In this document: positions 9,317-17,983 of the stretch, piece by piece | Numbering within the stretch: the stretch's first letter is position 1 | Layout of the letters: each line of letters starts with the position of its first letter | Source of the DNA: an uncultured Elusimicrobia bacterium | GTDB taxonomy: Bacteria > Elusimicrobiota > Elusimicrobia > Elusimicrobiales > UBA9959 | Direction of reading: 5' to 3' | Assembly: GCA_903917735.1 (NCBI GenBank) | Contig: CAIXBR010000123.1 | Coordinates: forward strand, 3,883 to 67,882 | DNA length: 64,000 nt | Notes under the pieces: model-generated | The model's input: only the letters and a program-made list of their open reading frames with translations | The model's database searches: none | Told to the model about the DNA's origin: nothing | Made by a program: the position numbers and the translations under genes

Positions 9317-9652
9317 CTAAAAATCCTTCAAGCCTTCCGCTTCGGTATCATGGATCTTGAATATCCCGTGGAAACCGGAAATGGAAAAAACTTCCTTGAC
9401 GTGCCCCTGAAGCCCGGAAAAAACCAGCTTTCCGTTCTGTTCTTTAAGGCGCTTCGCCGAAGCCAGAATACTTCGCAGGCCCGCGCTGCTGATATACTCC
9501 AGCGCGCTCAGATCTATAAGGAAGTTCTTTTCGCCCTGCGCTATTAATTCGGAAACGCTTTTTTCGAATTCCGGAGCCGTTACGGCGTCCATACGGCCGC
9601 TGACCGTTAAGACCAGCGCGTTCGGTTCTTTTTTTGTGGAGATAGTCATCAT
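9317..9652 (-). CDS. STAS-domain anti-sigma-factor antagonist
   Basis: Start set at ATGATG after GAGGTG. DLSALEYISSAGLR motif contains the phosphorylatable Ser. Confidence 0.8.
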   Translation of the reverse strand: MMTISTKKEPNALVLTVSGRMDAVTAPEFEKSVSELIAQGEKNFLIDLSALEYISSAGLRSILASAKRLKEQNGKLVFSGLQGHVKEVFSISGFHGIFKIHDTEAEGLKDF

Positions 9653-9753
9653 GCACCTCGTATTCTCTTGTCTCTGGTATAATTGTAATACACTGCGCGT
9701 CGGAAAATACAGCCGTCCGGTGGTAAAGATCGCTCCGGCGGCAGCTCCGCTGG

Positions 9754-11466
9754 TCAATGATCGAAATGCAGAACTATACGCTGCCGGCCGTCTTTTTCGG
9801 CGGAATCTATCCTGTCCGCGTCTTTGCGGATCATGCAGAGGGAGAGCTGCATCCCGGAGATGGTCCTCTCCAGGGACTGGGGCTTCACATAAGTCCCGGT
9901 AAGATCGATAGGCTTTCCTGTGTATTGAAGGACCAGGTCCAGGTTGAATTCATCGAAGCTCATGTCCAGCTGGACCGGCTCCTTCGTCAGCTCCTCCGCG
10001 GCTAACATCTCCATGAGTTCGTTCAAGGCGGAGACGGCCCGGCTCACCACCTCCCGCCGCGCGCCCCAAAGGGCGCCATGTTGTTCCAGCAGGTCCTGGA
10101 GCTGTTCATACGTTGTTTTACCGGTCTCAAGGAGCTGGCGGCTTCTTTTCGTCAGGCCGATCTGAAAGATCAGCGTCAGCAGGATAGCGAGCAGGGTGGA
10201 TATATAGAGCGGCGAGGTTACAACAGGATGCAGCCAGTGATTCTCGATCCCGGCATAGATCTGCGGCAGGGCCGCGACGCTCAGGCCGAATATCAGGGAG
10301 ACCCCCAGAATGAATATCTTGCGCGGGTCCAGCATCCGCGACATCATGATCTGGAATCCGGTAAAGATTATGAAACAGACGGCGAACAGCGGCGCCGCGC
10401 CCATGACCGGCTGCGGCATCACGATGAAGATTTCGGCGAAGCGCGGGAAGAACGCCAGCGCGATAAGGATCCCGCCCGTAGTAAAAGCTATCTTGCGGCT
10501 TGTAGCTCCGGTGCCCAGGGAGAGACCTATATTGCTGGTAGACGTGGACTGTCCCATGCCGCCTATTAGGCCGCTGAGGCTCATCCCCAGGCCGTCCGCC
10601 AACAGGCCGTTCCTGATGCTTGCCATATTCGGCCGCTTCCAATCCGCGTCGTTGATCTTCTGGCACGTAGTCAGGTTGCCGATAGTTTTCACCGAAACAC
10701 AAAGACTGGCAATGGCGAAGGGCAGTAGCATGGAGGAGTCGAAGGACCAGCGAAGCAGTGTAATATCGGGCAGGGCCAGCAGGGGTTTGCCGAATATCTG
10801 CTGAATATGCGCCGCCGGCAGCAGGCCTGTGAAATAAGAAATGACATAGCCCGTTACCATGCCGATAATGACGGAATATAGGCGGAGCTTCCCCTTGCTC
10901 CACACGGTAATGGAGACCATCGTGCCCAGGGTGATGATGGATACCATTAACACGTGCGGGTTGATGGCGGGGCTGAGGTCCGTGATGCCGAGGAAATTCC
11001 GGACCGCGACAGGAATAACGGTGATGCCGACCATGGCCACCACCAGCCCCATGACCTCGGGCGTGAAAACCTTGCGCAGGCGGTGAACTATCCTGGAAAT
11101 GGCCATTTCAAAAATGCCGCTCAGGGCCGTCATCCCAAGGACCAGCGGGAGGCCGCCAAGCTTAGCGGCCATCAGAGAAGCGGAAATATAGGCGGGTTCG
11201 CAGACGGAGGGCATGAAATATCCGGAGCCGACGCCTTTTTTATTCAGCGCCTGCAGTAAAGTCCCGATCCCGCCTGCCAGAAGGGACATGCTGATAAAAA
11301 AACCCGCTTCCCCCTGCGAGCCGCCCATCCCCTGCACTACGATCAGGCCGAAGATTAAGGCCGTAGTAACCTGGAAGCTGTGCTGGAGCCCCAGCAAGAA
11401 GCAGGTGGGGAAAGGTACGGGATCATCCACGCCGTAGATAAGATTGGAAGGTTTGCGTCTTTTCAT
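9754..11466 (-). CDS. NCS2/SLC23-type (xanthine-uracil family) permease with C-terminal RsbW-like degenerate domain
   Basis: 570 aa polytopic protein with a QSTSTSNIGLSLGTGATSRK block typical of the family. The last ~125 aa are cytosolic and align by eye with the neighbouring RsbW-like protein. Confidence 0.7.
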   Translation of the reverse strand: MKRRKPSNLIYGVDDPVPFPTCFLLGLQHSFQVTTALIFGLIVVQGMGGSQGEAGFFISMSLLAGGIGTLLQALNKKGVGSGYFMPSVCEPAYISASLMAAKLGGLPLVLGMTALSGIFEMAISRIVHRLRKVFTPEVMGLVVAMVGITVIPVAVRNFLGITDLSPAINPHVLMVSIITLGTMVSITVWSKGKLRLYSVIIGMVTGYVISYFTGLLPAAHIQQIFGKPLLALPDITLLRWSFDSSMLLPFAIASLCVSVKTIGNLTTCQKINDADWKRPNMASIRNGLLADGLGMSLSGLIGGMGQSTSTSNIGLSLGTGATSRKIAFTTGGILIALAFFPRFAEIFIVMPQPVMGAAPLFAVCFIIFTGFQIMMSRMLDPRKIFILGVSLIFGLSVAALPQIYAGIENHWLHPVVTSPLYISTLLAILLTLIFQIGLTKRSRQLLETGKTTYEQLQDLLEQHGALWGARREVVSRAVSALNELMEMLAAEELTKEPVQLDMSFDEFNLDLVLQYTGKPIDLTGTYVKPQSLERTISGMQLSLCMIRKDADRIDSAEKDGRQRIVLHFDH

Positions 11467-11650
11467 TTTTTACGCTCTTGGCCCATTGGTGCTGGTTCTC
11501 TAACGACAGTGGGCGAGTGGCCGATTTGTCTGATAGACTATAGCAAAATCTATCTGGCGGATGAACCCGCTTTCAGCCGGGGGGTCTTGGGGGATTCTGG
11601 GATCAAACCCCAGGGCCTAATCACAATTTCCCCTGAACTTCAACGACCCA

Positions 11651-13519
11651 TCAGAATGCGATTGAGACCGTACCAGTAACACCGCGTTGGTTCCCGTTCT
11701 TACGCGAGAATGTTGTGTCAAATGTAAGATCCAGCGCTTTATTGCGCGACAGTCTCGCGTCCACTCCCGCAACCAGCTTACCATAGGTACCTGCAAGGCT
11801 GGACACTGGCGTGTGGACGGGCAAGGCCGAGTTCGGATCCTCACCCGTAGTTGTAATGACCCTCGACCCGGTCGAGAAGTAGTGTTCATCCGTAACATTA
11901 AGAAAGGATGTCAATCCATGCAAGCTGGCGCTCAGTTGGAGACCAGCCCGCCCGAGCAGCGTAGCCGACCGTTGTCTGCCCACGATCTGGGCAAGAACGA
12001 TGTCGCCGGACTCGTGGTATGAATCCACCGATACATGGGCGTATGTCAGGCCGGCGATCGGCCCAACCCGCAGGGCCTTGAGATCGAACAGATAACCTCC
12101 CTGCGCATCTGCGGCAAAACTGCTGCCGTCGGGCGAGGAGGTAAGGCTGCCTATCACACCAGGGCGGCGCAGGGAATAGCGGTTAAGCGCGCCGCTCAAC
12201 ACGGCATCTGCGAACCAATGCCGGCTGTTGAATGATGCATAACCGGCCAATTGATAGGAATCAAAAGCGATGGTCCCCATTCCGGCGTTCAGGTCTGAAG
12301 TCGGTCTGGCATAACCCGCGGCCAGGCCTAGCCGCAAGTTCGCCGCGGCCAGATATTCGGCGCCGGCAATTCCTTCGCCCTGGTTCCAGTCCATGCCATA
12401 GGTGTTTGTCCCATCCTTTCTGGTTCCGGTATTGTAATTTCCGGCAAGGAAAAGCGACAGTTTTCCTATGGTTAACTTAGCCGGCATATTTCCCGCCGAA
12501 TCGGCTGCCTGAGCAGCTTTAACCTTAGCCGCACGGAGGCGCCCGTTGTTAAGCCGCGCCAAAAGCGACGAGGAAAAGGCTTGCGCGCTTGCCGCTGCCA
12601 GGTCGGACTGGGCGGGCACCTGATAGGCCGAATTGAGCAGGTTCTGGATGTATTTGGCGATTATAAGGGCGAACGCATCCGACGGGTGGCCTCTGTAAAA
12701 CGCGTATTGGTTCTGAACGGAAAGCGGCGCCGCGGTGCAGCCTGAAATTCCGTAGCAATCCCCGGAAATAAATCCGTACATGGACGGCTCGTCCAGAACG
12801 CGGTTGGCCAGCGTGTTTACGTCCAGGATGCGCAAATGGACGCTGGTGCTTTCGTAAGGGGCTAAAGTGGCCGGAAGGACGGAGTTCAGCGTTGTGTAAT
12901 AGGCGTTGTCGGCGCTGTTCGCAACGCCGACTAAGTTTGCAAGACTGAACCCGCCAAGAGTCATCCTATCAAAGGGCATTCCGCCAAAAAGGATAAAGTT
13001 GCGCCCGCCCAGGGCGATAAGGTTGCCAACATCGGTTGAGATATAGCCGGCGACAGTATAACCCAGCCCCGCGCCTACGGTCACAGCGTATGACGCCGTG
13101 ATATCGTTCCCAGCGAAAGAAATACTGACCAGATCGCTCGCGCCTATGGTGCGGCCCAGCGCCTGGAACTCCGAGATCTGCCCGAACATGTTCGGATAAG
13201 TGCCGGCCGGGGAATCTGGATAGACGGGATAGGATAACGCGACGCTTTTGGTCCCCGGGCCGGCGGCAGTGCCGCCGATAGCGAAATCGTTGGTTTGCAC
13301 GAACTGGTACGGGGAAATAGCGCCCAACTGCATTGGCGTGTTGCGATAATTGGAGCAGACTCCAAGCGGCGTGCTCCAGACGGCGCAATCGTAACGAGCG
13401 TCCTGGAAACTGTCACCGAACTCATAGATGCTGCCTGCCTGGACAACTTGTGCATCCGCCCTTGGGATCCATGCGAACGAACAAACGGTGGCAACGGCGC
13501 CGATGAAAAAATATTTCAT
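11651..13519 (-). CDS. GDSL/SGNH esterase autotransporter (EstA-like)
   Basis: Signal peptide, block I FGDSFQD near the N-terminus, C-terminal beta-barrel ending TGTVSIAF. Confidence 0.8.
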   Translation of the reverse strand: MKYFFIGAVATVCSFAWIPRADAQVVQAGSIYEFGDSFQDARYDCAVWSTPLGVCSNYRNTPMQLGAISPYQFVQTNDFAIGGTAAGPGTKSVALSYPVYPDSPAGTYPNMFGQISEFQALGRTIGASDLVSISFAGNDITASYAVTVGAGLGYTVAGYISTDVGNLIALGGRNFILFGGMPFDRMTLGGFSLANLVGVANSADNAYYTTLNSVLPATLAPYESTSVHLRILDVNTLANRVLDEPSMYGFISGDCYGISGCTAAPLSVQNQYAFYRGHPSDAFALIIAKYIQNLLNSAYQVPAQSDLAAASAQAFSSSLLARLNNGRLRAAKVKAAQAADSAGNMPAKLTIGKLSLFLAGNYNTGTRKDGTNTYGMDWNQGEGIAGAEYLAAANLRLGLAAGYARPTSDLNAGMGTIAFDSYQLAGYASFNSRHWFADAVLSGALNRYSLRRPGVIGSLTSSPDGSSFAADAQGGYLFDLKALRVGPIAGLTYAHVSVDSYHESGDIVLAQIVGRQRSATLLGRAGLQLSASLHGLTSFLNVTDEHYFSTGSRVITTTGEDPNSALPVHTPVSSLAGTYGKLVAGVDARLSRNKALDLTFDTTFSRKNGNQRGVTGTVSIAF

Positions 13520-13601
13520 ATGCCTTCTTGCCGCTATGGCAGGACGGTTCCTAATACCTTAATATTCATCCGTCGGCTAAACGCGGAGGGGGCGGAAATT
13601 T

Positions 13602-16028
13602 TCATTCCGCCATTTTTGTAACCACCAGCCGCCACTGGGTGCCGTGAATTCCTACGCTGGTCCAGAATGTTTTTTTCTGCGCCGGCTTCTCCAGGCCCAA
13701 GCCGAGGAATTCATAGCTGCCCGTGCCGGCTTCCTTAGCTGCTATTTTCCTGCCTATCTCCAGCAGACCGGGGAAAGGTTTGTACAGCGGATCTTCGAAC
13801 AGCATCCGCCCTACCTCTTCATGGTCCTGGTCGTACAGGATACGCCCATCCGTCTGCATCAGCCAGGCCTCCGCCGGGAGCCCCTGCAGCGCCGGCGTAA
13901 TTATCGCCTCAAGTATAAATTCCGGCCTGAGCAGCAGGCTCACAGCTCCGGCCAGACTGCCGTCGGGAGAGAATACCGGGTATTCCAGGTCCACAGCCTC
14001 AAAACCTTCCACCGAACGGAACACTTTGCTTAACACCGGCTTTTGGGTCCGGTGCAGTTCGGCCACCTGTTCCTGGGCGCTGATGTCAGCTCCTTCCACG
14101 TTCTTGTATTCGCCGGGCTCTACCGTAACCATTATGCCTTTGGGGTCGACCGCGGCACAGTCAATAATTTCCGGGTTCGCGGAGCACAGGCCATATAAAA
14201 CCTTTACCGCTTCGGTTCCTGTAAGCCCGGTCTTGGAAAGGTCCACCCCGGCCTGGCCCAGCGCCTTGTCCAGTTTATTGAACTGCAAGTCTATTTGGTC
14301 CTTCAGTCCGGCCAGCAAGGCTTCTGGCTTAACCGCTGCTTTTTTCTCAGGCGTTACGGCCGTCTCCTGGAACCCCAGCGCATAATGCCAGCCGGTCAGC
14401 GGTGATACTTTGTAAAAGACCGTTTTTTCCATCCCATCGAATGAATACTCTATGACGCCTTCTGGCTTGGAAATTATCTCTGCCGCCGCCTTGGTGAGCG
14501 TAAGGCTGTTCTGAGTACCGGGCAGTTCAAGCATCTTGGCGGGGTCGCGGTGCAGGGCTGTCCGGCCCTGGCCGTCCAGAGCGTAAAAGACCATGCTCTC
14601 AGGCAAGTCCAGTTTCTCATTTATCAGCCCGGCCATGCTTTCTACTGAAAGCGAAACTCCTAAAGCGCCCGTAACCCGGCCGTCTTTCAGCACCGGCGCC
14701 GCCATGACAGCAGATTTTTTTCCGGTAGAGCGGCTTACGACAAGTTCGCCGGTGATGAGCTGACCTTTCATCAGGGGGCCGAAATACGGGCGGTCGCTGA
14801 GGTTCTGGTCGGCCAACCCTTTCTCCACCGTAAAATAAGTCCCGTCCGGACGCGCGAACCATACCGTGCCTGAAACATCACCTGCGTATTTGGCGAGCAG
14901 CGGTTTCATAGCTTCCCAGTCCCCGCTCTGTACCGGCTCGGTCACTGAAAGCAGCCGCAGCCCGTTGAGCGCCGCTGCGATATGCTCATCCGCGAAAGCT
15001 ACAAGAGCGGAAAGCGTTACACGCGGATCGGTTTTAAGGCCGGAGACTATCCTGTCGGCGGAGCTAAGTACCTGGTCGGGAACGGTCACGCCGAGGGCCG
15101 CCGCCGCGGAGGGGTTGATCAGCCTGAGCCCTTTCGCGGTGGTCACTACGGGGATGTCTTTTGCCGTTTTTCCCGCAGCGATCATTTGCAGTGTCATTTC
15201 TCCCGCCATCATGCCGTATTCCTCGGCCGACTCCGCAACGCCGCAAAGGGCGCCGTCCTCTACGTTGAAGTCAAGCAGGCCGGCCGTGGGTTTTTTGTTA
15301 TTGGCGAGGGTCCATTTTATCACTTCACCAGGCGCCATGCTCAGCTGGCCAGTCCTGCCGCGCACGGTGTGGTAGGTGTTGAAAATAACCGTGTCGGCCG
15401 TAAGCTGGGCCTTGGTCACGGCTGCCTGCCAGGCCTTGAATGTTTCCGGCTGTTCTATCATCACCAGTTTCAGCGGAAGGTTCTTAAGTGACTTGATATA
15501 TTCAATAACGCCTTCGGAGGTTTCGTTCCTATCCGTAATTAAAGCGGCGGTCCGGGCCCGGGGGGAAATTTCCCTGAGCAGGTTCATGGTCTCGGTCACA
15601 AAAGGGCGTTCTAGTATCCCGGTCACGTTCACCGCCGGGTAACCGTACTTGGCGGGGTCGGCGTTCACCCCGACGAAAACTACCTGGGGCTTTGTCCACC
15701 CGGCCAGTTTTTTAGCGAAAAATTCCTGCGCGTTATCATCGGCGGCGATAACTACGTCCGGCTGCAAGACCTTCACCCGTTCCAGCGCCATTTCGCCCGC
15801 CTTTATTTTCCAGTCCAGGCCGGGATAACGTTTGGTGTCCATGTAGAAGGTTTCGAGCTGTATGCCGCTGCCGGCCAGCTTGCTTTTTACGCCGCTGGTA
15901 ATGCCGTCCACCCAGGGGTAGCCGGTGTTATAGCTGTGCACCAGCAGCACTTTGCCGCCGGCCGCCGCCGCGGCCCCGGCCGAGAAAGCTATGATCGCTG
16001 CTGAAATGACACAGGATATTCTTTTCAT
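13602..16028 (-). CDS. Periplasmic protein: ABC-type substrate-binding domain fused to two Cache-like sensor modules
   Basis: Signal peptide. N-terminal VLLVHSYNTGYPWVDG is typical of the ABC_sub_bind family. Two PDC/Cache-like segments follow. No TM helix or output domain is seen. Confidence 0.6.
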   Translation of the reverse strand: MKRISCVISAAIIAFSAGAAAAAGGKVLLVHSYNTGYPWVDGITSGVKSKLAGSGIQLETFYMDTKRYPGLDWKIKAGEMALERVKVLQPDVVIAADDNAQEFFAKKLAGWTKPQVVFVGVNADPAKYGYPAVNVTGILERPFVTETMNLLREISPRARTAALITDRNETSEGVIEYIKSLKNLPLKLVMIEQPETFKAWQAAVTKAQLTADTVIFNTYHTVRGRTGQLSMAPGEVIKWTLANNKKPTAGLLDFNVEDGALCGVAESAEEYGMMAGEMTLQMIAAGKTAKDIPVVTTAKGLRLINPSAAAALGVTVPDQVLSSADRIVSGLKTDPRVTLSALVAFADEHIAAALNGLRLLSVTEPVQSGDWEAMKPLLAKYAGDVSGTVWFARPDGTYFTVEKGLADQNLSDRPYFGPLMKGQLITGELVVSRSTGKKSAVMAAPVLKDGRVTGALGVSLSVESMAGLINEKLDLPESMVFYALDGQGRTALHRDPAKMLELPGTQNSLTLTKAAAEIISKPEGVIEYSFDGMEKTVFYKVSPLTGWHYALGFQETAVTPEKKAAVKPEALLAGLKDQIDLQFNKLDKALGQAGVDLSKTGLTGTEAVKVLYGLCSANPEIIDCAAVDPKGIMVTVEPGEYKNVEGADISAQEQVAELHRTQKPVLSKVFRSVEGFEAVDLEYPVFSPDGSLAGAVSLLLRPEFILEAIITPALQGLPAEAWLMQTDGRILYDQDHEEVGRMLFEDPLYKPFPGLLEIGRKIAAKEAGTGSYEFLGLGLEKPAQKKTFWTSVGIHGTQWRLVVTKMAE

Positions 16029-16233
16029 TGTTCCTCCAGGAACTTCTGATCAGGAAAGATAACGGGAACCGCCCAGGCTGCAAAAACCCGGTTTGGTATT
16101 ATAATACAAAAAGTCGACGCCGCTTCCGGAATCACATGGCGGTTAGAGTGTTAATTGTGCTTTCTGCAATGACAAGACTATCCGGTTTTGATAAACTAAA
16201 GTGTAAAGTCGAAGTTACGGAGGAATCTGATAA

Positions 16234-17469
16234 ATGAAAACAGCAATAGGACTGGCTGCAATTCTTGGCTTCGTCGCCGCAATGGCGAGCGCGCAGGTCA
16301 ACAACTTCAAGTATGAGGGGCTTCTTGAGGTAAACAAGTACTATTCAAACAACACGCGCGATTATAACAGCAAGGCTGGCGACAAGGTCAATGACCAGGA
16401 CTTCCGCGCCAATATCGGCCTCATTTTTGAAGCCGGCCAGAACGTAAATGTGCAGGTCAACCTGATAAATTCGTCGGCTACCCCCCACACCGTTGATTTC
16501 GGCCAAGCTTACCTGGGAGTAAACAACCTGCTGGGCGGGAACCATAAATTCGGCCGCATGTTCTACGGTAACCCCGGCGACATGATCATATACTTCGGCC
16601 CGGACGCCTGGTACGTGAGCGGCATGGACTACACCGCCCTAGAAGGCTGGACCGGCAACTGGAAAAAGGACAAGCTTGAAGTCAACGCCCTCATCGCCAA
16701 GATGATAGACGGCAGAGGCAGCAGGACTGACGTGGATATTTACGGCGTTACCGCCAACTACGCCCTTAGCGAATACTTCAACCCCACCGCCTATGAGTAC
16801 CAGGGCACGGAGTATAATAACGCCTTCGCCGACAGCACCACCACCGCGTCGGTCGGGATCAACCGGTTCAACGTCTACGGCCTGAAAGCCAGCGGCAAAT
16901 ATAAGGGGGTGGAATATTCCGGCGAATATGCCATGAACAGCGGCAAGTATGTTCGCGCCAGTTCCCTCAAAAAGTATACCTACGAAGGCACGGCCATGCG
17001 GTTCAACGCCGCCTACGGCTTCGATCTGATGGGCAAGGCCAAAGTCAGCGGCGAGTACCTCTCCACCTCCGGGGACAAGAACGCCGCCGATTCCAAGGAC
17101 AAGAACTTCTACGGGCTCAACGGGAACTACAGGCCCGGCATCATAAACGGCGCCTTCAACAACCCCATCGGCAATACTACCACCTGGAACCTGGGCGCCA
17201 AATGGACCCCGGAAAAGCTGGCCAAGCTTGCCCTGGAAGCCAAGTATTATGATTACGCCGCCACCGAAAAAGTGACCATCGGCGCCAACAGCTATGATTC
17301 CTTTGGCACTGAATTCGATTTCACCGCCACCTGGAACTATAACGAGAAGCTGGCCCTCACAGGTTATTTCGCAACTGCCATGCCCGACAGCAAGTACTCG
17401 AAAGCGGTACTTGCCGGCAAGGACGATAATGCCCTGCAGGTCGGTCTGCTCGCCAGCCTGAAGTTTTAA
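16234..17469 (+). CDS. Outer-membrane beta-barrel (porin-like) protein
   Basis: Signal peptide ending ASAQ, alternating Y/G-rich strands, C-terminal ..LLASLKF. Confidence 0.65.
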   Translation: MKTAIGLAAILGFVAAMASAQVNNFKYEGLLEVNKYYSNNTRDYNSKAGDKVNDQDFRANIGLIFEAGQNVNVQVNLINSSATPHTVDFGQAYLGVNNLLGGNHKFGRMFYGNPGDMIIYFGPDAWYVSGMDYTALEGWTGNWKKDKLEVNALIAKMIDGRGSRTDVDIYGVTANYALSEYFNPTAYEYQGTEYNNAFADSTTTASVGINRFNVYGLKASGKYKGVEYSGEYAMNSGKYVRASSLKKYTYEGTAMRFNAAYGFDLMGKAKVSGEYLSTSGDKNAADSKDKNFYGLNGNYRPGIINGAFNNPIGNTTTWNLGAKWTPEKLAKLALEAKYYDYAATEKVTIGANSYDSFGTEFDFTATWNYNEKLALTGYFATAMPDSKYSKAVLAGKDDNALQVGLLASLKF

Positions 17470-17477
17470 TTAAGGTG

Positions 17478-17512
17478 AACCCCGGGGTTTTACGACCCCG
17501 GGGTTCTTATTT
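17478..17512 (+). terminator. Rho-independent terminator
   Basis: AACCCCGGGG-TTTTACG-ACCCCGGGGTT followed by a T-rich run. Confidence 0.6.
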
Positions 17513-17580
17513 GTAGATTAAAATAAATTAAAGTGACAGTATATTTAACTTGTCTTGAACTGCGTGGGACTACACTGAGG

Positions 17581-17983
17581 TTATCCCCAGCGCAAAGTTA
17601 TGGAGATACGGTGGGCATTGCCGATGCCGCCCATCGGGACGAAGGCGTAGTCGATGCTCTCGGACTTGAACTGATAACCGAAACCCGCGGTGATCTCTAT
17701 CCCGGCCTCGTTGCGTGTGCTGAAACCTAAACGTAACGCCAGCGGTTCCAGTAATCGCGTTTCGCCACCCGCGGCCAGCAGCGCGCCCTGGCCGCGCTCT
17801 TCGGTTATATCGAGCGCGATCAGGTTCTCATGGCCACACGCCTTGAAGCGATAGGCGGCCCCGGCCCGCAGGTTCAAAGGCAGATTTTCGTTCTTTTTAT
17901 CGAAACGCACGGCGGGCCCGAGATTCTGCAGAACAAGGGCGGGCCAGGCTGAGAATGACCGCGGCAATAGTAAATATTTTCAT
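17581..17983 (-). pseudogene. PorV-like outer-membrane protein, internally deleted and frameshifted
   Basis: ATG at 17983 overlaps the S41 stop (ATGA) and gives the signal peptide MKIFTIAAVILSLARPCSAE, then stops after 28 codons. A second frame retains only the last ~125 aa (..LPLNLRAGAAYRF..DYAFVPMGGIGNAHRISITL). Intact paralogs are 314-345 aa. Confidence 0.7.
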
